Shown here: positions 1 to 11,942 of the stretch, in pieces | Layout: each line of letters starts with the position of its first letter | Numbering within the stretch: the stretch's first letter is position 1 | DNA from: Hamiltosporidium tvaerminnensis FI-OER-3-3 | Taxonomy: Eukaryota; Fungi; Microsporidia | Assembly: GCA_022605425.2 (NCBI GenBank) | Contig: CM061246.1 | Coordinates: 248,001-312,000, forward strand | Reading direction: 5' to 3' | DNA: 64,000 nucleotides | Position numbers and translations under genes: made by a program | The notes under the pieces: model-generated | What the model was told of the DNA's origin: nothing | The model's database searches: none | Seen by the model: only the letters and a program-made list of their open reading frames with translations

Positions 1-91
1 ATGATGTTAAAACGGAAAATACAAAAAATATTTTACCGCTTATTTTAGATAGCATAACCACTGTGAGGAACCAATAACTAATACAAATAAA

Positions 92-174
92 GAGTTGGAG
101 TTGGAGGAAGAGATAGAAGTAGTTAAAATGGAGGAAGAAATAGAAGTCGTTAAAATGGTGGAAGAAATTATTTA
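92..174 (+). repeat. 27-bp imperfect tandem repeat (~3 units); reads as EEEIEVVKM in one frame
   Basis: GGAGGAAGA(G/A)ATAGAAGT(A/C)GTTAAAAT repeated. The frame is closed by a TAG at 50-52, so no intact gene is supported. Confidence 0.6.
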
Positions 175-257
175 AAAGAGAAAAAACATTTTAACCTAAA
201 ATAGTATGCTGAACATTTTTTTAGCCATTTTTTTATTTACTTCTTTTATCAAATCAA

Positions 258-968
258 GGTTGAGGTTGGAAGCCACATAAAAAACAATCTGCTTGGCAAC
301 GGTATGTGAAACTAATGTGAATTCATTTGTTTGGCTTTTTGATGCGAATAAAACCACACAAGATTTTCGGGGGTTCAATACGATATCTATGAGTAGGTCT
401 AGTAAATAGCAAAACATTTCTAAAAATTTCTTTTGTAGTTTTTTATGCAACTAGATCGAATAACGCAGCCGGCTTTTTGGGTAATGGCCATGTAATCGCA
501 TGGGAAACTACCATTTCTCACTCAGGTTAGAAGACTTAGCGTTTGTGTATTTAAAAAAATAACCCAGTTAAGCCGGGAAACCCAATATACAGCTTATTTA
601 TTCCTGTTGGTATGACATTGCAGTGTCAAGATAGACTCATGTAAGCCTCTGAAATATATCTTTACTAGAAGGTATTTTTCTTAGAAAGTATAGAGTAAGT
701 GAGGATGCTGGGTAGGCTCTAGGTGGTGGGTCAAGCCTAACATAAACTCCATGCATCAGACACTAAAGAACTGCGGACAACTGCCTCGGGCCTTAATTAG
801 GTTCTAAACACCTATTTTAAATGAAAGTTTTCGAATTGTGGTATCTTAGCGTTACTGATGAAGGATTGGAGTAGCAGTTTTTTTGTTAAATCTAGAACTG
901 CATTAATGACATGAAAACAAAAATAACTCTTGCTACTGTTTATAATACATTTATATTTTAAAGTAAAG
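258..968 (+). mobile_element. Long non-coding SINE-like retroelement, family L, copy A
   Basis: Colinear with copies at 11943-12672(-), 36717-37428(+) and 62662-63391(+). Flanked by a degenerate direct repeat TTTTATCAAATCAA (244-257) / TATTATCAAATAAA (969-982). Confidence 0.8.
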
Positions 969-1199
969 TATTATCAAATAAATTAATATCTAATATTTAA
1001 TATTTGTATTAAAATAATTGTGTCTTTTGTCTGAGCAAAAAAAAGCTTTTCTATAGAACCCACTTGGCTAATTTCGGGTGAGCACTTTTTCTCTGCGGGG
1101 AGGATAAGGGAGTGGTTTCCTGGTGTGCAGATAAATATCAAAGAATAGCAGGGTTGGAACTTTAAAAGGCCTGTACTTTATAATCATGAAAATTTATCT

Positions 1200-4100
1200 C
1201 CTGATTCTATAATCCTGAAATTTAGCATATTATAAGACATAAATGAAAAATCAGAAACTAAAACGAAGTAAATGACCTGGCGTAAAATAAAATCATAATC
1301 ATAGAACTGGATCAATAAAGACTTGACGAAGAAAACAAAAAAAATTATAATGGATACAATAAGGGAGCTAAACGTAAAATGTTTTGATTTACCAAGTGAA
1401 AATAAAATATTTGAATGCAAAATGATCAAAAAAGGCTTCTTTCGTTTGTATTCTGTTATCGCAATAAATTAACAGGTTATAGATAAAGTTTGATTTCGGA
1501 TTCTCAGAGATTTGTGAGTAAAATATTTAGTTAAATTTTATAAAAAAGAAAAATTGCTTTAAGATTAAGAAAGAAGATGGAAAAATACATCCGGCGGCGA
1601 TCTATGAGTAAAATTGGAATTAAACAGAGAGAAGAAGAATGGGAGCTATTAACACGTTGGTGTCGATTGGCAACATAAAATAAGTCGCAATGATGCAAGA
1701 ATTTCTCGATGATGAAGTAAACAAAAAACTATATGATGTAGCTAGTTTGAAAGGCATACAAAAAAATAAGTTAAAAATTAAACTAAGCCTATATTATAGT
1801 AAATCTGTATAACAAATAACATGATTAACACTGGCAAAACATTTCCGCAAAATTAAGCCATATATATACTAGAGCGAACTTTTTGGTGAACACAAAGTCG
1901 ATCATCGAGTATATCCTGGTATAAAATATATACCATGTGAAATTATAGACTCTAGAATAATGAGAGGCATAAAATGAAACCGATCATAAAATTATGGTCC
2001 AAAAAAAGTATTTATTACACAAAAAGATAGTACGAAAAAAAAAGCAAAAAATATAAAGATATTTGAGCTGAATACCCAGGATAAACAAACCTAATTCAAA
2101 AACTTTATAAATTAAATACTAAAACCTGTTAGACTAAAGAGCACAACTGGAACAGTAGAAGAGGTACAAATAAATTTAAAGCTATGATCTGAATACCGCG
2201 AAATGGCATGCGTAAAATCAAAATGCTCTCCTACCATGCCGGGAGCCGAATTGGCTTAGTGTATTCTCTGCTTGTCGTAAGAGGCGACTTAAAGGGACTA
2301 ATCCTCCATGTTGGGGTTGGCCGTAGAGCTAATAACCCACCCTTTAAAACTACCTGTTACGAAACCCAATAAGTAAACAAACCCATTGGGAAAAAACCGG
2401 TGGGCGGTATTACTTAGGGAGAGGCCAAGGCTCGCACAGGGCTGTATAGCCAAGGATGAATGAATGAATGAAAATCAAAATGCATCGGAAAAATTTCACG
2501 ACAAAAAGATGTAGGTCTAGATCTATCAAAACATAAATTAAAGAAAGAAGAGTAGATGGGATATATATTTACGAAACTAATGAGAGAAAACTTGTCAATA
2601 TTATAAAAATCCATAGAAAAGTTGAGAATGTCTTCAAAGTTACAAAAATGACTTACGGGAAAGAATTTAGAAGGTTTCCGAAAAAAAATTCAGAGAATCA
2701 AAAGCTTGTCTACTTGGTCTTGAAGAAAATGTGAAATAATAAAGATTACCTTCTAAAATTTGTTCTCCGAAAATAAAGAAAACTTTAGGAGATGGAAGAC
2801 GTGTTGTGAAAAGATGGAGTGTCTTTTTGAATTTTGAAATATCAGCATGAAAAAAACTACAAGGTGGTAATGAGGCTGAAAAAAGCAAACGAGGACAAAA
2901 TACTTGAAAATAATAAAAGACGACATTGGAAAAACTCTCTAGGTCTGGTGTTATTACCTCGTTGTTCTTTAAAATATATGGCAAATACATAAAGAAGCGT
3001 TTTTTATATGTGATAAGACTAGTTCGGAATCAAGCCGCTATTCGACAAAGTTTAAATGCCTATTGTAACTTAAATGCAACAACCAGGTTACAAAAACTTT
3101 TATAGCCACCGAGAGAAATTCCTGCCTAGTGTCTCATAGAAATTAACTTTCGGAATCTGACAGAGGCTAAAGGTAAAACTAGAACATATTTTGAAAGAAG
3201 AGAAATACTGCTTTCAATATATACACGGCACAATTAATCTGATACTTACAATACAATGGGTAACATAGAAGGCTATCGAACATGATAAGGATACGCACAC
3301 TTACATTTTAGATCTAATAAATGCATTCAAAAGCCAACAGGGGCCTAGGAGTTGTCGTTTTTGATCAAAGAAAAATTACAAAGCATTCTATTCAAACAAC
3401 TTCAAAGCTTCTAATGATTTGCCCAACTATGACAGAATAATAAATACGCTCTCAGAAAAATTTATTGCTTCGTTTGAGCTAAGACAGTGATACATGTACA
3501 GACCTTGGTTGTTTCTCGTTCTAACCAACGATATAATGATAGAATGCAAAAGAGTGTCACGCAATTTAATCTAGGAAATTTCATAATCTCAGCAAATATT
3601 CTAATAGTATTAACATACGCAGGTAGCCTTATGCCGTATTTCAAATTCATAACAAGACTTCCGAGTAAACCACCTAATTTGAAATGCAGAGCTAAGAAAA
3701 CGAAGACAAAGGAGAAAAAAAGCTAAAACGCAAAAAATGGCAATTCTAAGAAGGGCCCAAAACTCTTGTTCAGATAAGACAAAACCCGTTTAAAACAAGT
3801 AAGAAGTTAAAATGGCATGGAACACCCCCAAATGATGATTAAAGACTCGAAAAGATCTTGACACCAGAATAGCGGGTACCGCAACTGTACGAAGCACGTT
3901 CCGAAGCATTTATTGGTAAGAAAGTGGTATCCAATAAATCTAAGATGGTACTATACTTAACTATCTACACCCACCTACTAGCCTATAGATGCATGCCCTA
4001 GGCACTAACCCAAAGTAGATATAGCAAGATCAAAACAAACGAAATAAGGTTAAGGGACGTATACTTGAAAAAATCGACGAGACCGAGTCAAAAACCAAAC

Positions 4101-4380
4101 AATTACTGAGCCTTAAACAAAATTGTTTTCGAAGAAGATATATAAGCAAAAACAGCATTGATTTAAACGTTAGAGCAGTTTAAAACCAAAAGAAACCAAG
4201 AAAAAACTTTCAATACAAGCTGCAGGTGTTAACAATCACAGGGGAGACTAAGGCAGAAATGGTTTGTTCGCTTAAAAGCTGATATTTATAGAAAAGGAAA
4301 GAACCAAGAAGGACTTGGAGCACTGACCGGTGACAGAATCGATACGTTCCCTTTTTCCATTTATAACACCGAGAGCTAAA
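1200..4380 (+). mobile_element. Heavily decayed Ty3/gypsy-like pol remnant (boundaries approximate)
   Basis: Stop-ridden fragments resembling RT (RLPSKICSP ~ RMPFGLCNAP near 2743; QHEKNYKVVMRLKKAN ~ the helix after YxDD near 2842) and the integrase zinc finger (HQNSGYR...RKWYP near 3863-3915), in gypsy order. No LTRs recognised. Confidence 0.35.
2227..2470 (+). mobile_element. Intact 244-nt RTE-type non-autonomous retroelement (SINE) with an (ATGA)n tail
   Basis: Perfect 13-bp TSD AAAATCAAAATGC at 2214-2226 and 2471-2483. GC-rich body. Tail GGATGAATGAATGAATG. Motifs CTGCTTGTCGTAAGAGGCGAC, GGGGTTGGCCGTAGAGCTAATAACCCAC and GAGGCCAAGGCTCGCACAGGGCTGT resemble RTE 5' and 3' ends as I recall them. 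Confidence 0.85.
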
Positions 4381-5999
4381 AAATGGCTGAACTAAGTAAA
4401 TAATTATTTTAGTGTAGATTTTACAATATATCATAAATTATAGTTTTCAATCTTTTATTTAAGTAATGAGTTATTAAACTGCATTCAATGAATAATTTTT
4501 GCACTATTAAAAAGGCTTGTTTTATTTTGAATTGATTTTAAACGGCGCTTACTCTTAATAAAAGTTATAAAACACGTTCCATATAATCATATGAGCTTAG
4601 GTGAATGTAGAGAGAGTAGGTTAGAACATATTTCTACTTCTATAAATAAATTTGAAAACAAATACAATTATAAAAAGAGCCTGTTTAACATAAAAAAACT
4701 CAATTAAAACATTAAGAAAATCAAATATAAAAATATAAAAGAGTATCTTAAAAAGAGAATACACTTTTGGAAACCAACATAATATTTTTATGGTACATTT
4801 TATAAACTTCATTATTCAAAAAAAGATAATTTTTTTACGATAAAACATTTTTAATAACATTTTAAAAATAATGTCAAAAAAACATTTTTTTTCGTTACGT
4901 TTTATCATTTTTTTTGCAAAGAAAAATAATTTTTCATTTTCTAAAGTGATAACTAAAAATGCTAAATTATGAAATACAAAAACGATTTTTATGATCAAAA
5001 CATGTCAAAAAAAATAAATTAATAAAAACCGGCGAAATAGTTTGACATTCTGCAAATTAATAACTTTTACATAAAAAAAACAATAACATTAACCTGCTTG
5101 TAACTGTTTGAAACTAAGTACAAATTCAAATACAAAAAAATTCTTCAAGTATTTCAAAAACATATTTTTAAGTCGATTAAATGAAACTTTATACCAGTTT
5201 TTGAACGTAATTTATTAAAATATATTAAAGCAATTTATTTTAAATTCATTCTTTCAATTAGTGATGTAAGTGCAATTCACCAATAATCAAATTATTTTCA
5301 CTATGTATTCGTAAATTACATTTAATACAATTTTTAATCAAAAATTTAATTTTTGCAAAATTATATATTTGAATTTTTAAATTTTTTAAAATACAAATTT
5401 AGATATTAAAATTATTCGTTTGATTTTTTTAAAATATATTTAAAACCAAAATTTTAATAATACAAATTTACATAAAAGATATTTTTTTGATTTTTTTAAA
5501 TTTAATTTTGTTTTAATCAGTAATTTTTTATTTTTTTAAAACTACAAATTTATTTAAAAAAATAGTTTTTTTGATTTTTTTAAAAATTCCTATAAATTAA
5601 AATAAATAATAAAAATTCTTTACAAATGACTAAAATCCATCTCAAAAAAATTCTTATGATCGTTCTTCGTACAATTTCTAGTTGAAAGGAAAATAATTTT
5701 AACAAAGAAAATGCTTTAATTAGAAAAAAAAATAATTAAAAAAAAGTCCGATAAAAAAAATGACATTCTATTTTTTAAATTAAATTGAAAATAATTTAAC
5801 GAACATTTTATTGGTTTTTAAATTAAAAATAAAGCGAAAAATCTTTAAAATCCCTAATTTTTGTAATAATTTTTGTTAAAAAATATTTTTGTAAAATCCA
5901 ATTTATTGTATATGTCTTAAAAAGGAAAAATATTTTTTTCTTATAAAACCATTTAAATTTAAATAATAAATCGTTATATCCGTTAGTATTTACACCCCA

Positions 6000-7037
6000 A
6001 TGCAAGATAATAGTTTTGATTGTACATTTAGTCAAGGTAAATCAAGAATGAGAATTTTAATGAATATGTTGAGAAGTAAGACCGGTCTTTTATTTGAAAT
6101 AATATTAACGAGATTACGGATTTTTAAATCGGATGAATATATAAGAAAATGCAATACTAAGTTCAAAGGAACGTACGAGCTTTGTTCTGAGGACGAGAAT
6201 TCTAGTGATTATTCTTTGTCTACACAGTTTTGTAAATTCCCAGAAAAACGACCAGAGAGTCCTGATCCTATTTATAAATCAGATTTAAAACTTCAAAAAA
6301 TCAGAAGAATAGAATATTACGACAATATAAATGTTGATAATTCAAATTGTAACACAAATAATATCAACAAATTTTCATCTGCTGATGTATTGTACAATTC
6401 AAAATCTTTAGTAAAATTTGATGTCGAAAAACTGGAGTGGTTGCGATCCTTTTTTATTGATAATATTGTAATTGTAATTACTGATATTGTAAATAGCACA
6501 AGTCAATGGAATTTATATTCAGAAGATATGCACAAATCTATAAAACTTCATAATGAATTATCTAGGAAATTGATACGCACATTTGGCGGTTACGAATCGA
6601 GAAATGACGGCGATTCATTTTTTGCCGTTTTCAAAGATTCAGAAAGCGCTATAAAATACGCTTTAAATTTTCAAAATGGACTTTTATATCAAAATTGGCC
6701 AGATACAATTGTAAACCACAATAAAGAACTCTATAATGATTCAAACACCCCTATTTATAGAGGAATCAGTATAAGAATCGGAATACATACTGGTAAATGT
6801 ACAGTGTGTTGTTTTGATAGAAAACTTAAATATTTTGGTAAAACTGTTGATGAAGCATACGCTCTATCAGAAATGGCAAAAGGTGGCGAAACATTTATTT
6901 CTAATCAGGTTTTTAAAGGAATAAAATCAAAGGAATTCATTTCAACTTTTAATGTCATACAGAAAAGAGCTTATCAAGAAAAAGGATTCTATATTTATCA
7001 TCCACATCACATTTCCAGGTTCCTAGAATGTATTTAA
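6000..7037 (+). CDS. Class III adenylate/guanylate cyclase catalytic-domain protein (catalytic residues partly degenerate)
   Basis: Motifs IVITDIVNST, GGYESRNDGDSFFAVF, IRIGIHTG, YFGKTVDEA, AKGGETFIS. CCCCA precedes the ATG. Confidence 0.85.
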   Translation: MQDNSFDCTFSQGKSRMRILMNMLRSKTGLLFEIILTRLRIFKSDEYIRKCNTKFKGTYELCSEDENSSDYSLSTQFCKFPEKRPESPDPIYKSDLKLQKIRRIEYYDNINVDNSNCNTNNINKFSSADVLYNSKSLVKFDVEKLEWLRSFFIDNIVIVITDIVNSTSQWNLYSEDMHKSIKLHNELSRKLIRTFGGYESRNDGDSFFAVFKDSESAIKYALNFQNGLLYQNWPDTIVNHNKELYNDSNTPIYRGISIRIGIHTGKCTVCCFDRKLKYFGKTVDEAYALSEMAKGGETFISNQVFKGIKSKEFISTFNVIQKRAYQEKGFYIYHPHHISRFLECI

Positions 7038-7905
7038 TATTTTATTCATTAAAGCTGTACATAAAAATTTTCTTATCTATTGTCTTTAATGTATATTAAG
7101 CCACTTGTATTGTTTTCCTTTTTAATTTTATTTATTTAATATGTAGGATTTTTGTTTTATTTGATATTTTTTCGTTTTTTTAACGATCAATTTTCTATTT
7201 TTTAATTAATTTATTACAAATATTTACCCACAAATTATTAAATTACCTTAAAACTTATTTTGGTAGTAAAATAGAAAAAACTGATGTAAATTTTATTTAG
7301 AATCTTCTTAAATACGTTTAAATTACTAATCTTAAATATTTTTTCAAGCAAATTAAATTTTTTAATTTCCCAATAAAATTTTTAATTTAATTAATATAAA
7401 CGAACTTTTTTTATAATCGTAGTTTTAAAATTATCTATTGAAATTGAAAAACTTTAGAAAAAATCAAATTAATACAGAATTCGTGAATTTCTCGTTAAAA
7501 TATATAAAAAAAATATTTCATATTAGTTTTTTATAGATAATTATATTAAAAATAGATTTTTGTTTCATTTTTAAATTCAAAAATAGTGAATTACTTGATT
7601 TATCGAATATAACATAGGAACTGAGTAGGAATAGATTCTTTAATATAAATCAATTACCTTATATTTTAACCAGCTGATACTCCAAAAATACAAAAAAAAA
7701 ACTAAAGTACTGGATATTGGTATATTGGTCTTGTATTATACAAACTTAGCTTTAAAAAGGAAGTAAAATAAATTAATAAATTATTAATTTAAGATTTTCT
7801 TAATTCTGTAAAACTATTGGTTGAATATTTTTAAAAAATAATTTATTTATTCAATTTAAATATTCATCTTATTTCTTTTATATTCTCACGATTAAAGATA
7901 CAAAA

Positions 7906-8898
7906 CTATTTCAAAGTCAAATTGCTTAATTCATTTTCTGGTCCTCCATAAAAACACAAATTGTCATTAAATGGGGAGAATTTAACAGAAAATACCATAT
8001 CATCACTATTAACAGTTTGTACTTTATTGAGTGAACTTAAATTAAACTGTTTAATTTTCTTATCCAAACCACACGTGACAAGCATATCACTACGATTAAT
8101 ATCAAAACAAGACAAAGAATTTAAATGTAATCTTTTCTTAGATACTGGTTGGTCAATATATCTTAAATCATAAAAATAAAAATGTCCAATACTATCAGAA
8201 ACATAAATAAAATTTTCTTTGATAATGAAATATTCTATTTCATTATGAAATTTGATAGAATCGATATTTTGAAAAGAATTGTTTATAGAAAGATGAAATT
8301 CTGTCGAATATAAAAGAATATCGTTTTCTAAAAACATTCTGGTTATATTTTTTTTACCTTCTATTTTTTCTTGTATTTCAAATTTAGATAAATCCCATTT
8401 TATTATTGTACCGCCTTCGTCTCCACTGTAAAGATTTTTTTTGTTCGATTTACACGACGTAATACTTGATTCGTGTCCTTTCAATAAAAATTGTGGAAAT
8501 AACGGATTAAAAGTACAACAGTCGTATATTTCTAATTTGGTATCATAACTAGCAAGTACTATATAATGCTGGTCATTGATATTCATATACTCACTGTCTA
8601 CAACAGTATTTAGAACAGATATGTCGTGGTGTAAAAAAACTTCTTTTTCACCTTCTTTTAATACATTAAATTGTATCCCACTTTGTTCTTCCGAATTTAC
8701 TGTGCAATATATTAATTGATCCGTTTTTTCTATCGATTCTATTTCTGAAAGATCTATTTCAAAATTTTCTGTAGTTAAAGCATCTAAATCGGGTGTAAAT
8801 GGCCCGTAGTCATATTCTTTGGCTATTTCTTTGTTAGGAACATATTTTTTTATATCAAATTCTATATTTTGATCTAAAAAACCGATATTATTTATCAT
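7906..8898 (-). CDS. PWP1: WD40 protein, periodic tryptophan protein 1 homolog
   Basis: VFLHHDI motif (PWP1 LYVHHDI-like) followed by WD repeats (GH...KWD, LH...GLDKKIK). CCCCTCCA precedes the ATG. Confidence 0.75.
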   Translation of the reverse strand: MINNIGFLDQNIEFDIKKYVPNKEIAKEYDYGPFTPDLDALTTENFEIDLSEIESIEKTDQLIYCTVNSEEQSGIQFNVLKEGEKEVFLHHDISVLNTVVDSEYMNINDQHYIVLASYDTKLEIYDCCTFNPLFPQFLLKGHESSITSCKSNKKNLYSGDEGGTIIKWDLSKFEIQEKIEGKKNITRMFLENDILLYSTEFHLSINNSFQNIDSIKFHNEIEYFIIKENFIYVSDSIGHFYFYDLRYIDQPVSKKRLHLNSLSCFDINRSDMLVTCGLDKKIKQFNLSSLNKVQTVNSDDMVFSVKFSPFNDNLCFYGGPENELSNLTLK

Positions 8899-9324
8899 TG
8901 GAGGGGAATTATAAAACTCGCTTTAAATATTTAAAAAACAAAAAATTGATTCTAAACACCGATAAATCAAAATCGAAGAGGAAAACACATTATTATAATT
9001 CTTTAGACATTAAATTATTTAAGGTTTTTCAAGACATTTTTTTTAAGAAAATTCTATCTTTTTTTATAATAGAAGAACAGGTTATAACAAGATAATGTTA
9101 TAATTTTCTCGAATATGAGGTATCAATCTGTATTTAAGAAACAATTTGAAATTTTAATTAATTTAAAGCAATTTCAAAATAAAACAAAAGGGTCAATAAT
9201 ACAAAAAATAGATTGTATAAAAAATTGCAATAAAATTATAGTTTTTATGGTTAGATGAAACTATGAATAATATTTAAATTTATATCAAAAAAATAAATTT
9301 ATACTGAAATTTTATTATCATTCA

Positions 9325-9449
9325 GCTCCCATAGCTCAGTTGGTTAGAGCGTGGTGCTTATAAGCTACTTTCATAACTAGCTTACCTATGATAGTACACG
9401 AAATGGCGAAGTTACGCTAAGGTCGTGGGTTCGACTCCCACTGGGAGCA
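9325..9449 (+). tRNA. tRNA-Ile(UAU) with a 51-nt intron (9363-9413)
   Basis: Acceptor stem GCTCCCA/TGGGAGC, D arm GCTC/GAGC, anticodon TAT at 9359-9361, intron after position 37, T arm GTGGG-TTCGACT-CCCAC, followed by a T-run terminator. Confidence 0.93.
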
Positions 9450-11942
9450 TTTTTGCAGAAAAATATTTTTTTTATTTATGATAATGGAATATCAATTTTA
9501 AATATTTGAGAATTCTATTGATGTAATAATAAGGAGTACAGTAATATTTTTTTACAAAAATATATGGACGAAACAAATATTCAGGATTTAAAGAATAATG
9601 TGTTTTTATTTTAAAAGCAAATATTTTTTACACATCCAATCAGATAGATTTCTTGAAATTTAAGTAGATTGAAATAATTTTCTTGATAATATATCTTCTA
9701 TCATTTACTATAGAGAGATTCTTTTCCTCAATAATCATCTAATTATACTTATTTCATAAAAACTAATTATTAAATTTTAATTTTGACAAAAATATTTTAA
9801 ACCCGAATTATGATAAAAAAGCAAACAATTTTTTTACACACAATGTATTTAAGTTAGTCATACATGAATGGGGCATATTATTAGGAATTAATGTTTATTT
9901 ATAATTCAATTTCATTTTCTGAATGAGAATTCATATTTGTAGTTTAAATTTGTAAGTAGAAGACAAAGTAAAAAAGAGTGGAATTGCTTATTATAGAAAT
10001 ATTTTATAGTTTCGTCAAAAAATTACTTGTTTTTCCCAAAAAGTTAAAACAAAATCAGTTTCAATTAGACAAATGTCATAGCTTCCAATTTTTTCGGGAA
10101 GTCGATAAATCTACAAATTTATAGTATAACTATATGTAATGATTAAGATTTATTATTTATACTCAATTTATTTTGTATTACATTCTGTGTTTATGAAGGC
10201 TTTAAATCAATCCGAATTGTATTTGTCGAACTGATGAAAAAATACACATAATATGAATCTCAAATATACTTATATAAACTAACTCAAAATCTTTCTGGTA
10301 TTTCTAAGAAAATCGTGCCAAAACATAAGGAAATGGAATTTATAATTTAATCATACGAATACTAATGATGACGTAGTAATTATTGAAGTAACCAAACTTG
10401 AAATAACAAATTATTTTAAATGAAATAATTACAGAAACGGTCGCTACATATTGTATGGTATAAATAGATTTGAATTTTTATATTTGGCGGTAAAATTAAA
10501 TACTGTTTAACATTTCATATTTAAAATTCGTTAAATTGAATTGTAAAGATTCAAAAATTTTAACGATTCAATAAGTAGAATTAATTACCTTTATTTTGTT
10601 TCTGATACTTCCATATCTTATTTCATGCTCTTAGTGATATTAAAATTTATAATCGCATCACAATTAAAGACCTGTAAATCAACATTTGCGTAATTTTATT
10701 GCATTACATTATTTTTCCAATCGAACCAAATCTTATTTATGTAGATACTAAGAATGTATACATTAAATATGTTTTGCATATTCAAATCATTTCATCTTCT
10801 ATATGTTGATGTGGAAAATATGTGTAATAGTAATATATTAATTTTACACATATAGATTTAAGAATATTGAGATCAAATATACTGACAAGTTTTTTTTTAT
10901 AACAAAGACATAGATTTAATTGAAACTTTGTAAAAAAAATAATAGTATAAAAAACCCGCAACATTTTTAGCATTTTGTATAATTAATACAGAATTAAATG
11001 AAAAAATTTGTTCAACGGGTTTTTAATAATTAGTTCGTTGGTTATGGAACATTGATTTACTTTATGGGAATCAAAGAATGTTTTAAAAAGATTTCATTTT
11101 TGGTAATTTATCTATATCAATACATAAATGATTTGAAGTAAAGATTTCATTTATAACGCAAGAAAAAAATATTGAGGTATACTTGTAATATAAATATTGC
11201 TCTCAATGTTATATATGTAAAGCTATATAACGGTTTTAAAGCTGATATCGAAGGAAAATGCAAATTTAATTTTGTGGAATTTGAAGTTTAATTATGGAAC
11301 TATGGGAATATGGTTTTTCAAATTTATAGATTGGTTGTTTATATGTGATCAAATAATTCCACCTTCAAAAATAGATTAACTATTTTTTAGCGGCTATGTT
11401 CAAAAATGCAAAGGAAAATACTAAAATTTTTCAAAAACAGTTATTAAAAATTTTTGGTAATAATATTTATTGCAAATCGAGAAACTGTGTTTTATAATAT
11501 GATATGTAAATGAAGAATTCAACCCAAAGCAATTTAATTTTATTTTGGTTAGAAATAGTATATGATAAACGCGATCAAAAGGACGAACTATTTAATATAC
11601 ACATAGAAATAGTGAAACTAGCAACAATATATTTCTTAAAAAGGATCTTGATAAGAAGATAACTCATCTTTTCAGATTTATGAATTTAAAGTAATATTTA
11701 GAAATTACTGAAGAAGTAAAAAAACACATTGGCTTTTGGTGTGGAAAAAATGTACGCCTAAGAAATAGAAACGCTTTCAAGCATTTTAAACATCTAAAAA
11801 ACGTTGCATCATGCCCATAAAATCCTGTTATTTTTAATAATTATTATTTAATGTTTCTCTGTGTTTTTACTATTTATCTATTTTAGATAATATTTTCGGG
11901 TTTATTGGTAGTATAACTAAAAGAGCAATATGTTATATACAA

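Noticed and set aside
196-450. 84-aa ORF, and the 61-aa ORF at 12442-12627
   Set aside because: They lie in family L repeats on opposite element strands and are not conserved between copies.
850-920. CTGATGA...GAAA in family L copy A as a hammerhead ribozyme
   Set aside because: The core is not conserved in the other copies (CCGATGG, CTGATGG, CTGATAA), and stems I and II cannot be formed.
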